Below are positions 1 to 9,534 of a stretch of DNA of 64,000 nt, in pieces (the first letter of the stretch is position 1; each line of letters opens with the position of its first letter). The position numbers and the translations under genes were made by a program. The stretch comes from Minisyncoccota bacterium. Lineage in GTDB: Bacteria; Patescibacteriota; Minisyncoccia; Phycocordibacterales; JBAYGS01. A model generated the notes under the pieces. That model saw only the letters and a list, made by a program, of their open reading frames with translations. It was not told the origin of the DNA and ran no database searches. The DNA is taken from NCBI GenBank assembly GCA_041666545.1, contig JBAYGS010000004.1:8610-72609 (forward strand), given 5' to 3'.

Positions 1-281
1 TGAATGATGTCCGGTTTCTCGCTGTGGATCAGTCGCCAGAATGTTATAAATGATAGGGCGTCTTGAGTTGTACTTATGTCTCGAGAAAGTGAGTCGACAG
101 AGATTGAGCGAATCCCGGTTTCCTTCAGTTTGTCATGCAGTGGGCCACTGCCACCGGCGGCCACAACAGCTTCGAATTTAGTTTTAGGCAAATTGGTGGC
201 TAAATCGAAAACATGCCTTTGGGCGCCACCCCAATTGCTTTTGGTAATGAAGTAAAGAATTTTCTTTTTAACCATAGTCAT
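1..281 (-). CDS. Glycosyltransferase family 4, N-terminal part (runs off the window start)
   Basis: Manual reverse-strand translation gives MTMVKKKILYFITKSNWGGAQRHVFDLA...EKPDIIH, a typical GT4 N-terminus. Confidence 0.8.
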   Translation of the reverse strand, partial: MTMVKKKILYFITKSNWGGAQRHVFDLATNLPKTKFEAVVAAGGSGPLHDKLKETGIRSISVDSLSRDISTTQDALSFITFWRLIHSEKPDII

Positions 282-406
282 TGATTAATTATAGCGCAGA
301 ACCCAAAACCCGGGGCATAAAGCATGGTGCGCAAAGCTTCAAAGAATTGGCGGTGAAAATCCTGTTGCTTTTTGGGGGAAAATTTGTATAATAATTTAAT
401 TATCAT

Positions 407-1756
407 ATGCGAATCTTTAATAAGCGCGAACCGCTAATTTTATTTCTGGGTGACTTGGTAGCTTTTGCGCTAGCTCTTTGGTTTACTCTTTTTTTGCGTT
501 ACGGCTCGTCTTTGGACGCGGTACGTTTGTCTGACCACTTTCAGGCTTTTTCCATAATTTTTTTGATTTGGACTTTGGCATTTTATATTGCCGGTCTCTA
601 TGGTAAGCAAACTCTGGTCTTTAAAAACCGCCTGCCGAGTAGAATTTTAAAGGCCCAAATTGTAAACAGTTTCTTGGCAATCGCTTTTTTCTATCTAGTC
701 CCGTCTTTTGGTATAACACCAAAAACCAACTTGTTTATTCAGCTGTCCCTTTCTTTCTTTTTGGTTTTGATTTGGCGTCTGTACGGTGGAGGTTTTCGGG
801 AGTCCAAAGAGAAACAGTCGGCAATTTTAATCGGGGAAGGGGAAGAGATGAAAGAGTTGGCCGATGAAATCAACCATAACAATCGTTATGCGGTTGGCTT
901 CGATTCGGTTTTAGATTTGAGTCAAATCTCCGGGGCAGAAGCCGTCTCAAACATCGACCGCCAGCTCAAAGATGGCAGGATCAGTTTGGTTGTTGCCGAC
1001 TTAAGCCATGAGAAAATTCAGCCAATTTTACCGGAGTTTTATAAATTGTTGTTTTCTCGGGTCAAGTTTCTTGATGCTGGTAAGCTCTACGAAGAAATCT
1101 TTGATCGGGTGCCACTATCGCTCATCCGCTATGGCTGGCTATTGCAGAATGTTTCAAATTCACCCAAGAAAACTTACGATAGTCTAAAACGCCTGATGGA
1201 CTTAATCTTGGGAGTTATCGGGGGTCTAGTTTCTTTGGTTTTTTACCCATTCGTCTATCTGGCGATTAAACTTGATGACGGTGGCCCAGTCTTTATTTCA
1301 CAGGAGCGAATCGGTCAGAATAATAAAATTTTTAAGATTTTGAAATTCCGAACTATGACCAAAGATGATGCCGGCTATGCTGTTGCCAAACAAACCAATC
1401 GGACCACTCGGGTTGGTGGTTTCTTGAGGCGGACAAGAATTGATGAATTGCCTCAACTTTGGAATGTTTTGCGTGGCGACCTGTCATTAATTGGCCCACG
1501 GCCGGAGTTGCCAATTTTGGCTTCGGCTTACGACAAAGATATTTCTTATTACCGGGCCAGACATCTGATCAAGCCGGGCCTTTCTGGCTGGGCCCAATTG
1601 AATCAGCAAAATCCTCCAAAACGGGATTTGAATTTTAACGATACCAAAGTGAAATTGTCCTACGACTTATTTTACCTGAAGAATCGTTCACTCTTTCTGG
1701 ATATCAAGATTGCCCTAAGAACGATTGCTGACCTGCTTTCAAGAAGTGGGCTGTAG
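407..1756 (+). CDS. Polyprenyl-phosphate glycosylphosphotransferase (WcaJ/WbaP-type priming sugar transferase)
   Basis: N-terminal TM helices; KRLMDL, QERIG, KFRTM, RIDELPQLWNVLRGDLSLIGPRPE and KPGLSGWAQ motifs. Confidence 0.93.
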   Translation: MRIFNKREPLILFLGDLVAFALALWFTLFLRYGSSLDAVRLSDHFQAFSIIFLIWTLAFYIAGLYGKQTLVFKNRLPSRILKAQIVNSFLAIAFFYLVPSFGITPKTNLFIQLSLSFFLVLIWRLYGGGFRESKEKQSAILIGEGEEMKELADEINHNNRYAVGFDSVLDLSQISGAEAVSNIDRQLKDGRISLVVADLSHEKIQPILPEFYKLLFSRVKFLDAGKLYEEIFDRVPLSLIRYGWLLQNVSNSPKKTYDSLKRLMDLILGVIGGLVSLVFYPFVYLAIKLDDGGPVFISQERIGQNNKIFKILKFRTMTKDDAGYAVAKQTNRTTRVGGFLRRTRIDELPQLWNVLRGDLSLIGPRPELPILASAYDKDISYYRARHLIKPGLSGWAQLNQQNPPKRDLNFNDTKVKLSYDLFYLKNRSLFLDIKIALRTIADLLSRSGL

Positions 1757-1834
1757 ACCAAGCTGATAATAAGTAATTAGATTGACAACATTTTTCTTGG
1801 GTGTAGTCTTTCAATAGAATAGAAAGACTGATTT

Positions 1835-2047
1835 ATGGAAATAATAGTACCTCTGGTCATTGTTGTTTTGTTGTTTGTGGCGCCAGAAATTGTCGGGGTG
1901 ATGATTACGCTAGGTGTCTCGGTTGTTGCTCTCATGTGTTGGGTTCTCGTGCTACCTTTTGCGGGAGTCTATCGACTCTGGTTGTATTGTCGTCGCTGGT
2001 ACTCGTCAATCAGGGGAACTAAAGTTATCTGTCAGAAGGTAAAATAG
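1835..2047 (+). CDS. Small hypothetical membrane protein
   Basis: Hydrophobic 70-aa ORF with an upstream TTGACA..TAGTCT promoter and a downstream terminator. Confidence 0.55.
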   Translation: MEIIVPLVIVVLLFVAPEIVGVMITLGVSVVALMCWVLVLPFAGVYRLWLYCRRWYSSIRGTKVICQKVK

Positions 2048-2055
2048 GTCGCTTT

Positions 2056-2079
2056 GCTAGCCTGAGAGGCTAGCTTTTT
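2056..2079 (+). terminator. Intrinsic terminator
   Basis: GCTAGCCT-GAG-AGGCTAGC followed by TTTTT. Confidence 0.7.
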
Positions 2080-2130
2080 AAATTGTAAAAAGATTTGCAG
2101 TTTTAAATCAAATCGGCTAAGATACGCCCT

Positions 2131-3456
2131 ATGTTAAAACATCGGATTTGGGCCGTTATTCTATTAGTCACAGCCGTTTTAATCGGTTATTTTGTCTATT
2201 CGTCTCAAGTTAAGTCAGACTCGAACTTTCCTTTTAAATTAGGCCTGGATCTTTCGGGTGGCACCCATTTGGTCTATGAAGCCGATGTTTCCTCGCTGGC
2301 AGCTTCTGATGTCGACAGCTCAATGAATACCTTAAGAGATGTCATCGAGCGCCGTGTCAATGTTTTTGGTGTTTCAGAGCCGATTGTTCAGGTTGAAAAT
2401 GGTAATGTTTTCGGCTCGATTAAAAGTCGCTTGATTGTGGAATTGCCAGGCGTTACTAATGTTAATGATGCTGTGGCGGCAATCGGCCAAACTCCAATTT
2501 TGGAATTTCGCCTCGTCGCGGCGGGAGTTAAAAATCTGAATGAAGTCAAGGACAAGCCGATGGATCAAGTTTTTATTCCAACAGGCCTCACCGGTCGACT
2601 TTTGGAGCATTCGCAACTGGAATTTGATCAGCAAACCGGTGAGGGAATTGTCGTCTTGTCTTTCAATAAAGAGGGCGGTGATTTGTTTGAAAAAATTACC
2701 AAAGAAAATGTTGGTCGCAGTTTGGCGATTTTCCTCGATGGTGATTTGAAATCGACGCCAGTTATCCGTGAAGTTATTGCCGGTGGTAAAGCTACCATTT
2801 CCGGCGGTTTTACTGGTCAGACCGGTCTTACTGAAGCTCGGGACTTGGTGAGAAATTTAAATCTCGGTGCTTTACCGGTCCCAATTAAACTGGTTTCGAC
2901 TCAAACTATCGGCGCTACTCTGGGTGAGGCGGCTGTTGACGCGAGCGTGAAGGCCGGCATCTTGGCTTTTATAATTGTCGCGCTTTTCTTAATCATTTGG
3001 TACCGCTTGCCTGGCCTGATTGCCGTCATCTCGCTTGCAGTTTATGTAGCTTTGAACTTGGCGATTTTTAAATTAATCCCGGTGACTTTGACGGCCGCGG
3101 GCATTGCCGGCTTCATTCTATCCATCGGTATGGCGGTGGATGCTAATATTTTGATTTTCGAACGAATGAAGGAAGAACTCAAGCGTGGCCGAGTCCTTTC
3201 CGATGCTGTCTATGAGGGCTTCGCCAGAGCTTGGCTATCGATTCGTGATTCCAACCTTTCAAGTATCATCACTGCCGTTATTCTTTACTCCTTTGCCTCG
3301 ACGGCTCTGGTCAAAGGTTTTGCGCTGGTATTCTTTATCGGGGTGATTGTCAGTATGTTTACCGCGATTACGGTTTCTCGAACTTTGCTTTTGTCGATTA
3401 TGCCTAAAGTCGGAGGCAAAATTTCCCATTTCCTTTTTGGCAATGGCCTGAATTAA
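2131..3456 (+). CDS. secD: Protein translocase subunit SecD
   Basis: LGLDLSGG, RRVNVFGVSEP, GMAVDANILIFER, DSNLSS and KGFA motifs. Confidence 0.97.
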   Translation: MLKHRIWAVILLVTAVLIGYFVYSSQVKSDSNFPFKLGLDLSGGTHLVYEADVSSLAASDVDSSMNTLRDVIERRVNVFGVSEPIVQVENGNVFGSIKSRLIVELPGVTNVNDAVAAIGQTPILEFRLVAAGVKNLNEVKDKPMDQVFIPTGLTGRLLEHSQLEFDQQTGEGIVVLSFNKEGGDLFEKITKENVGRSLAIFLDGDLKSTPVIREVIAGGKATISGGFTGQTGLTEARDLVRNLNLGALPVPIKLVSTQTIGATLGEAAVDASVKAGILAFIIVALFLIIWYRLPGLIAVISLAVYVALNLAIFKLIPVTLTAAGIAGFILSIGMAVDANILIFERMKEELKRGRVLSDAVYEGFARAWLSIRDSNLSSIITAVILYSFASTALVKGFALVFFIGVIVSMFTAITVSRTLLLSIMPKVGGKISHFLFGNGLN

Positions 3457-3474
3457 TCTCGATTAAAATCTATT

Positions 3475-4380
3475 ATGAAAATCGTTAAATACAGAAAAAT
3501 ATTCTACATCATCTCCGGCATTCTGGTTTTGGCCTCAATCGCTTCAATTTCAATCTGGGGCCTAAATTTAGGAATCGATTTCAAAGGGGGTTCTCTTCTG
3601 GAGATTTCTTATACCGGCACTCGACCAGAGATCGGCGTTATCAAAGATGCCTTGAAAAATCTGAATCTTGGGGATTTCTCGGTGCGAACTACCAGAGATA
3701 CCGGCTACATTGTACGAGCTAGGGAGATTTCTCAACCAGAAAAGGTCCAAGTCTTAAACGCGCTCGCTATTGGTGGTCAGAAGATTACCGAGGAGCGTTT
3801 CGACTCGATTGGTCCGGTTTTGGGTAAAGAGGCGGCCAGCAAATCTGTCACCTCAATTATTTTGGTGATGTTGGCTATTGTCTTGTTCATCACCTTCGCT
3901 TTTCGAAAAGTTTCCGAGCCGGTTTCATCTTGGAAGTATGGCTTGGTGGCGGTCTTGGCCTTGGTCCACGATGTTTTAATCCCGACCGGAGTTTTCGCCA
4001 TCCTTGGACATTTCAAGGGAGTAGAAGTTGACACTCTGTTCGTGACAGCAATCTTGGTGGTCTTAGGCTTTTCGGTTCACGACACGATTGTCGTGTTTGA
4101 TCGAGTTAGAGAAAATTTGCGTCGACTGAAAGAATCAAATGGCCGAAAAGATTTTGAAACTGTAGTGGGGGAGAGTGTCAGTCAAACTTTTACCCGCTCA
4201 ATCAATACCTCGCTTACTACTCTTTTGGCTCTAATTGTCCTTTATTTTGTCGGTGGGGAAGCCACCAAGCTGTTCTCTTTGGCCCTAATTATCGGCGTTG
4301 TGGTTGGTACCTATTCTTCAATTTTCATCGGTTCGCCTCTCTTGGTTACCTTGGAAAGGTTGAAAAACCGCAGAAAATAG
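3475..4380 (+). CDS. secF: Protein translocase subunit SecF
   Basis: GIDFKGG, HDV, GFSVHDTIVVFDRVRE, RSINTS and GTYSSIFI motifs; follows secD. Confidence 0.97.
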   Translation: MKIVKYRKIFYIISGILVLASIASISIWGLNLGIDFKGGSLLEISYTGTRPEIGVIKDALKNLNLGDFSVRTTRDTGYIVRAREISQPEKVQVLNALAIGGQKITEERFDSIGPVLGKEAASKSVTSIILVMLAIVLFITFAFRKVSEPVSSWKYGLVAVLALVHDVLIPTGVFAILGHFKGVEVDTLFVTAILVVLGFSVHDTIVVFDRVRENLRRLKESNGRKDFETVVGESVSQTFTRSINTSLTTLLALIVLYFVGGEATKLFSLALIIGVVVGTYSSIFIGSPLLVTLERLKNRRK

Positions 4381-4397
4381 GGATAGTATTTAAATCC

Positions 4398-4462
4398 TTG
4401 ACTCCAAAATGTCCCCGTGTATAATAGACCCCACGCTCTAAGTAGGGCGGGGGTCTTTGACA
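4398..4462 (+). promoter_or_regulatory. rRNA promoter and boxA-like element
   Basis: TTGACT-N16-TATAAT (4398-4425), and GTCTTTGACA (4453-4462) resembling boxA. Confidence 0.7.
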
Positions 4463-4587
4463 ATTTGAAGTAATAAGAAGATATGAGAATCGCCCAAGTA
4501 AAGTCTTGGGCTAATGCAAGTCTCATAATGTAATTTTAAAGTGATTGCTAGGATAGATGAACAATTTAACTTTTAGCAGGTTAAGTA

Positions 4588-4613
4588 GAAACATTCTTTG
4601 TTTTGTTCCGTTC
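4588..4613 (+). promoter_or_regulatory. 5' arm of the 16S processing stem
   Basis: GAAACATTCTTTGTTTTGTTCCGTTC is largely complementary to GAACGGAACAAAATAAAGCATGTTTC at 8462-8487. Confidence 0.75.
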
Positions 4614-4733
4614 TAAACTTAAAAAAATTAATCAAAACTTTCGCAAGAGAGTTTTTCTAATTTTTATTAAGAGTTTGATCCTAGCTCAGGATGAACGCTG
4701 GCGGCGTGGATAAGGCATGCAAGTCTAGGGGGT

Positions 4734-4864
4734 CCGGCACTTTGCGCGGAAGTGGCAAAGCGAATGACCAATAACCAAGAGACAAATTCCAAACTAGAGA
4801 GTGTTTGGTTATTGTTTATTGGAATTTGGAATTTCACTTTGTTTGCTTATGAGCAAAGTGCTGG
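4734..4864 (+). other. Intervening sequence 1 in the 16S V1 region (helix 6), long hairpin
   Basis: CCGGCACTTTGC...GCAAAGTGCTGG arms enclose complementary CAATAACCAA and TTGGTTATTG tracts, in place of the normally short V1 helix. Confidence 0.85.
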
Positions 4865-5524
4865 ATCACCGGCAGACGAGGTAGTAATAAATAGGTACGA
4901 ACCTTCGAGTCAAGAATAGTCCGTCGAAAGACGGGGTAATCCTTGATAGTCCCTTCGGGGTAAAGATTTATCGCTCGATGATCGGCCTATTCAGTATCAG
5001 CTAGTTGGTAGGGTAATGGCCTACCAAGGCAATGACGCTTAGGGGGGGTGAGAGCCTGTTCCCCACCGATGGAACTGAGATACGGTCCATACACCTACGG
5101 GTGGCCGCAGCCGAGAATATTCGACAATGGGCGAAAGCTTGATCGAGCGACGCCGCGTGATTGATGAAGTCCTTCGGGACGTAAAGATCTTTTATGAGGG
5201 AGGAAGTTTATTGACGTTACCTCATGAATAAGGGGTTGCTAAACTCGTGCCAGCAGCAGCGGTAATACGAGTGCCCCAAGCGTTATCCGGAATCACTGGG
5301 CGTAAAGGGTGTGTAGGCGGTAGTGTTAGTCTTGTGTCAAATTCTTCGGCTTAACCGGGGTACGCACGGGAAACGGCACTGCTAGAGGATGCGAGGGGTC
5401 TCTGGAACTCATGGTGTAGCGGTGAAATGCGTTGATATCATGGGGAACACCAAAAGCGAAGGCAAGAGACTGGAGCACTCCTGACGCTGAAACACGAAAG
5501 CGTGGGTAGCGAATGGGATTAGAT

Positions 5525-6137
5525 AAACGCTCGCCTTAGCTTTTTAAAAACGCGCATAAAGTCCTGGTGGACTTTTGCTATACTCGGCCTCACGGCCTGC
5601 GCTGTTTTTAAAAAGCTAAGGCTCGCTCCTGTGAAAAGGAGAAGAGAAAGAGCAAATGTCTCATCTACTAGTGATAGTAGAAAGCAAATTTGGCTATATG
5701 CTGGAAACTCCGTTGTATCCGACAATACCGAAAGGTAAAAATTTGTCGGTGCGGACAATCAGCAGGAAACTTGTATGTGTTGAGAAGGGGATTCGGATTG
5801 TAATCTTTGGGAAGGCAACAGCGTAAGCCTCTGTATGTGGACAGAGAAACTGCGCACTACCCCAAGGCTCTTACCTTCTGGGACAGCGTGTTAAAGCGCA
5901 CTCCCTGTGTGACCAGTCAGTGTGATTGGTCACACCTCCTTCCCAGCACATATTAAGGATCCTCAGAGACTAAACGCCAGACCCCTGAATTTCAGGGTGA
6001 AGATATAGTCCGTTCTGCATAGCGATATGTAGAGACAAGCAGAAATGACTTGTCCTAGTAATTTTTAATTTTAAATTGTAATTTTTCATTTTGAGATTTA
6101 CATTTTAATTTTTAATCGTTACTTCGTAACAATTAAG
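5525..6137 (+). mobile_element. Group I intron in 16S (about E. coli position 788), no endonuclease ORF seen
   Basis: Splits GGATTAGAT|ACCCCAGTAGTCC. The exon ends in U and the intron in G. Core elements: P ATGCTGGAAA (~5698), Q AATCAGCAGG (5757), R TCAGAGACTA (5963), S GAAGATATAGTCC (5999); P3 TTTGGC/GCCAGA. Confidence 0.92.
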
Positions 6138-6233
6138 ACCCCAGTAGTCCACGCCCTAAACGATCTTCTCTGGTTTTTCGGAGTATCGACCCTCTGAGAG
6201 ACGAAGCTAACGCGTTAAGAGAAGCGCCTGGGT

Positions 6234-6265
<32 letters not shown>

Positions 6266-6494
6266 AGACGGGGACTTGCACAAGCGGTGGATCATGTGGT
6301 TCAATTCGACGGTAAACGAAAAACCTTACCAGGGTTAGAAATCTAATCGAAGGCTAGCAGAAACGTTAGTCGTCTCACAAGGACGGTTAGACAGGTGTTG
6401 CATGGCCGTCGTCAGTTCGTGGTTTGAACTGTTCCCTTCAGTGGGGTAACGAACGCAACCCTCGTTGCCTGTTATATTTGTCAGGCGAGACTGC

Positions 6495-6638
6495 CCAGCA
6501 CTTTGCGCGGAAGCGCAAAGTGAGTTGAAAGTGAAAAGTTTATAAAGTCTGTAAAGTAAAGCAAAGAGCTCTGCTTTATGAACTTTCAACTTTATAACTT
6601 TATAAACTCACTTTGTTTGTTTGCGAACAAAGTGCTGG
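6495..6638 (+). other. Intervening sequence 2 in the 16S helix-40 region, long hairpin
   Basis: Lies between GAGACTGCC and GGAGGAAGG. Arms are CCAGCACTTTGCGC...CAAAGTGCTGG, with internal AAAGTT/AACTTT repeats. Confidence 0.85.
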
Positions 6639-6865
6639 GAGGAAGGCGAGGATGACGCCAGGTCAGCATGGCCCTTTGATACCCTGGGCCACACACGTGA
6701 TACAATGCCGATTACAACGGGATGCGACGGGGAAACCCTGAGCCAACCCTAAGAAAAATCGGCCAAGTTCGGATTGAGGTCTGCAACTCGACCTCATGAA
6801 GCTGGAATCGCTAGTAATCACAGGTCAGCTATACTGTGGTGAATACGTTCTCAAGTCTTGTACTC

Positions 6866-8153
6866 GGGTCGCCATGCGATCGAGTACGCTAGTTGGTGCT
6901 CCAGTTGTAATTTTTGGGAAGTTAAAAAACCCGCCGATAAGCGGGATGTGTACGGGCTTGGAATAAATTATCCCAGCCGTCTGTTCACGGCAGGTTGAAG
7001 AAAGCTCTCGCAGAGATAGTTTGGCAGGGAAATGAGACATATCACGGCCACCGGAACAGCGATACAGATGATGGTCAGAACGAGGAAAAAGGTTTCAGTT
7101 TTCGTAGTCCTCATAAGAATCCTCTCTGTCGCGATGGTATCTAATTTTAATAGAATTGTCAAGCAAGGCTTGACCCCAAAAATTACAACTGGAAAATCCA
7201 ACCAAGACAATTCACAGTGTCTTGAAGCGAAATACTAGTCCCGACGCCGTGAGGGGTCGGGATGAAGGAGTAAAGTAGCATTTCTTAGCTTGAATGCCAG
7301 TTATGGCGCATAACAGAGGTTATCCTGCGAGTACATGGAGAAGCCTACTGTGTTTTAAAAACTGTTATGCGTATCGTGGCATCGAGATGAGAAGAAACAG
7401 TGTATTCGGTCACCGTGGGAGGTCTTGCATTTTCCTCGTTGTGTTATACACACCGAGAAATTGTATTAGTAATGATACAATCATGAGATGCAAGAAGTCA
7501 GCAGAGTTCGTAGTACCAAAAGGAAAGATGCTCGGTTTAACCCCAAGCTAGAACTTCCTCTTGGGAAGGAACAAATTCAAAGGAAAAAGTTACATCCTCA
7601 ATATGTTGCAGGATTTATTGATGGAGAAGGATCTTTTTCGATTAGTATTGGAAAGCACAAAACTTTGCGTAGAGGTTTCGAAATTCGTCCGGAATTTGAA
7701 ATAGAATTACGGAAGGACGATCAAGAAATCTTGGAGCGAATACTTGTGACTATCGGAATTGGAAAAATTTACGATTGCTCATACGAGCGATACGGATGGT
7801 ATCCACATGCGAAGTACAAAATTATGAGCATCTGGGACCTGAAAGAATATTTATTTCCATTTCTCGATAAAAATCCATTACAAGCGAAAAAGAAAAAATC
7901 CTATCTACTTTTTAGGCAAATAGTTTTGATGATTTGCGCTAAGAAACATTTGTCTGATAGGGGATTTAACAAAATCGTAAAACTTCGCGACGAGCTTCGC
8001 GCTCTAGGGAAGAAAGCTAAAACTTATCATGGCAAGGTAAGTGAATTCGAGAAAAAAATCGAATAAGCAACCTTTGAAAAACGCGAGGGTGCGGGAAAAC
8101 CGCTTGCCCCGTGTTGAAGAGAAGTGTAATGGCAACATTATACAACATCAAAT
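6866..8153 (+). mobile_element. Group II intron in 16S (about E. coli position 1397) carrying a LAGLIDADG ORF
   Basis: Splits TTGTACTC|ACCGCCCGTCA and ends in AY (AT). Domain V-like hairpin at 8080-8115 with a CGC triad and a 2-nt bulge; DVI-like hairpin with a candidate bulged A at -7; GAGTAC (~7329) is complementary to the 5' exon end GTACTC. Confidence 0.8.
7488..8066 (+). CDS. Intron-encoded single-motif LAGLIDADG homing endonuclease
   Basis: YVAGFIDGEGSFSI motif, FEIELRKDD, PFLDKNPLQAKK; lies just upstream of the DV hairpin. Confidence 0.9.
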   Translation: MQEVSRVRSTKRKDARFNPKLELPLGKEQIQRKKLHPQYVAGFIDGEGSFSISIGKHKTLRRGFEIRPEFEIELRKDDQEILERILVTIGIGKIYDCSYERYGWYPHAKYKIMSIWDLKEYLFPFLDKNPLQAKKKKSYLLFRQIVLMICAKKHLSDRGFNKIVKLRDELRALGKKAKTYHGKVSEFEKKIE

Positions 8154-8489
8154 ACCGCCCGTCAACTCAAGGGAGTTGGGAGCGCCCGAAATCTCACGCA
8201 AGTGGGCCTAAGGCGAGCTCAATGACAGGGAGTAAGTCGTAACAAGGCACGGGTAGCGGAAGCTGCTCGTGGATTATTTCAAATTGAACAACGTTGAATG
8301 CCTATTTATTTATGCATCTCAACTTAATCGGTCGTTATCGCGTATTCCATATGGATACACGATGTCCGCCTGAGGGGCTAATTTCAGGGGATAGTGATTC
8401 GATATCCTAAAAGTGAATCTGACATCGGGAAAGACTGGACGCGACACGAAAGTGTCTCGAGGAACGGAACAAAATAAAGCATGTTTCAA

Positions 8490-8523
8490 AAGCAAAAACC
8501 GCCCAAAAGGGCGGTTTTTGCTT
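8490..8523 (+). terminator. rRNA transcript terminator
   Basis: AAGCAAAAACCGCCC-AAAA-GGGCGGTTTTTGCTT directly after the processing-stem 3' arm. Confidence 0.85.
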
Positions 8524-8611
8524 GCCTTAATCTAGATTGACTTTTTAATCAAAATATGATATAATAGCCCGAGATTTAAAAAAGTTCCCGAACAATCAAA
8601 AAAGGAGACTT

Positions 8612-9271
8612 ATGTCAAAAGAAGACAAGAAGCTGTTCGGGGATTTCCTGTTCTGGCTTCAGTTTGCGATGGCTTGGGTCTTCACTGTACCCCAAGTTAT
8701 TCGGTCGTTCTACAGCACGAAGGGTATGACCATCACTTGGTCAATGTTTTGTGCGCTATTCGTCCTAGTCAATCTCTTTTTGGCGCTCGGCGCCTATCGA
8801 GATTCTCGAAGTCGCAAGGCCGGGCAGGTGGTGTTCGTTTATGCCAACTGGCTCCTGCTTTGGTCGGTCATGTTTGTCGTCGCCAGTCTCAAAGGAGTCT
8901 GGACTACAACCGACAGCTTACTTAGCATAATCATTGTGATTGGCGTCGCGATTCTCTTGTTGGCTCGCAAGAGGGAATCGTTGTTTGCAACCATCACTGA
9001 GCCGATCACTCGCGGAATTGTTTCGCTGATCGTTAAAAGTGTCCCGCAGCTCTACATCGGGTATTGCATCGTGAGGGACGGCAACAATTCCGGATTGGTT
9101 GGGACGACTCTCCTGATCGGCCATGTCACGGTGCTCATCCGGATCTTCGAGATCTGTTTGGCCGCTAGACAGGATGGCTGGAGCCGGAAAAACCAAGGTC
9201 TGTTCATCAGCGAGGCTGGCAACGAGTCAACCTGGCTAGTCACAACAGTCATCTGGCTGGCCTACTGGTAG
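8612..9271 (+). CDS. Multi-TM membrane protein with two PQ-loop-like repeats
   Basis: About 7 hydrophobic segments; TVPQVIRSFYSTKGM and SVPQLYIGY...NNSGL; own promoter TTGACT-N17-TATAAT and an AAGGAG motif. Confidence 0.65.
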   Translation: MSKEDKKLFGDFLFWLQFAMAWVFTVPQVIRSFYSTKGMTITWSMFCALFVLVNLFLALGAYRDSRSRKAGQVVFVYANWLLLWSVMFVVASLKGVWTTTDSLLSIIIVIGVAILLLARKRESLFATITEPITRGIVSLIVKSVPQLYIGYCIVRDGNNSGLVGTTLLIGHVTVLIRIFEICLAARQDGWSRKNQGLFISEAGNESTWLVTTVIWLAYW

Positions 9272-9375
9272 TTCTTTCAATCACCCCCGTACTTTGTATG
9301 GGGGTTGACTTTTTTCTAGGGTTTGGTATAATACAACACAGAACAGAAAAGTCAACTGAATAAAGGAAAAAGACC

Positions 9376-9534
9376 ATGAGAGCGAAAAACCTCTACAGAA
9401 TCGCCCCGCCGACCATGCAAGAAGTCCTCATTGGGGCCGGGTGGAAAAAGATCGTCATGTTCGCCTTGGCCGCGCCGTTCATTGCGACCGGGCTTTGGAC
9501 CTTGGCCGGTATGATTCTTAGCCAGGCCCCGTAG
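9376..9534 (+). pseudogene. Small, possibly frameshifted membrane-protein ORF
   Basis: ATG preceded by AAAGGA. Adding one A at TGGAAAAGATC joins MRAKNLY...GAGWK to KIVMFALAAPFIATGLWTLAGMILSQAP*. A strong hairpin follows at 9539-9573. Confidence 0.35.

Noticed and set aside
7165-7173. AAGGCTTGA as EBS2 of the group II intron
   Set aside because: It is complementary to the exon but sequestered in the local hairpin GTCAAGC-AAG-GCTTGAC, so it cannot be assigned by eye.
8281-8460. 5S rRNA or tRNA in the 16S trailer
   Set aside because: No cloverleaf, T-loop or 5S signature could be recognised.
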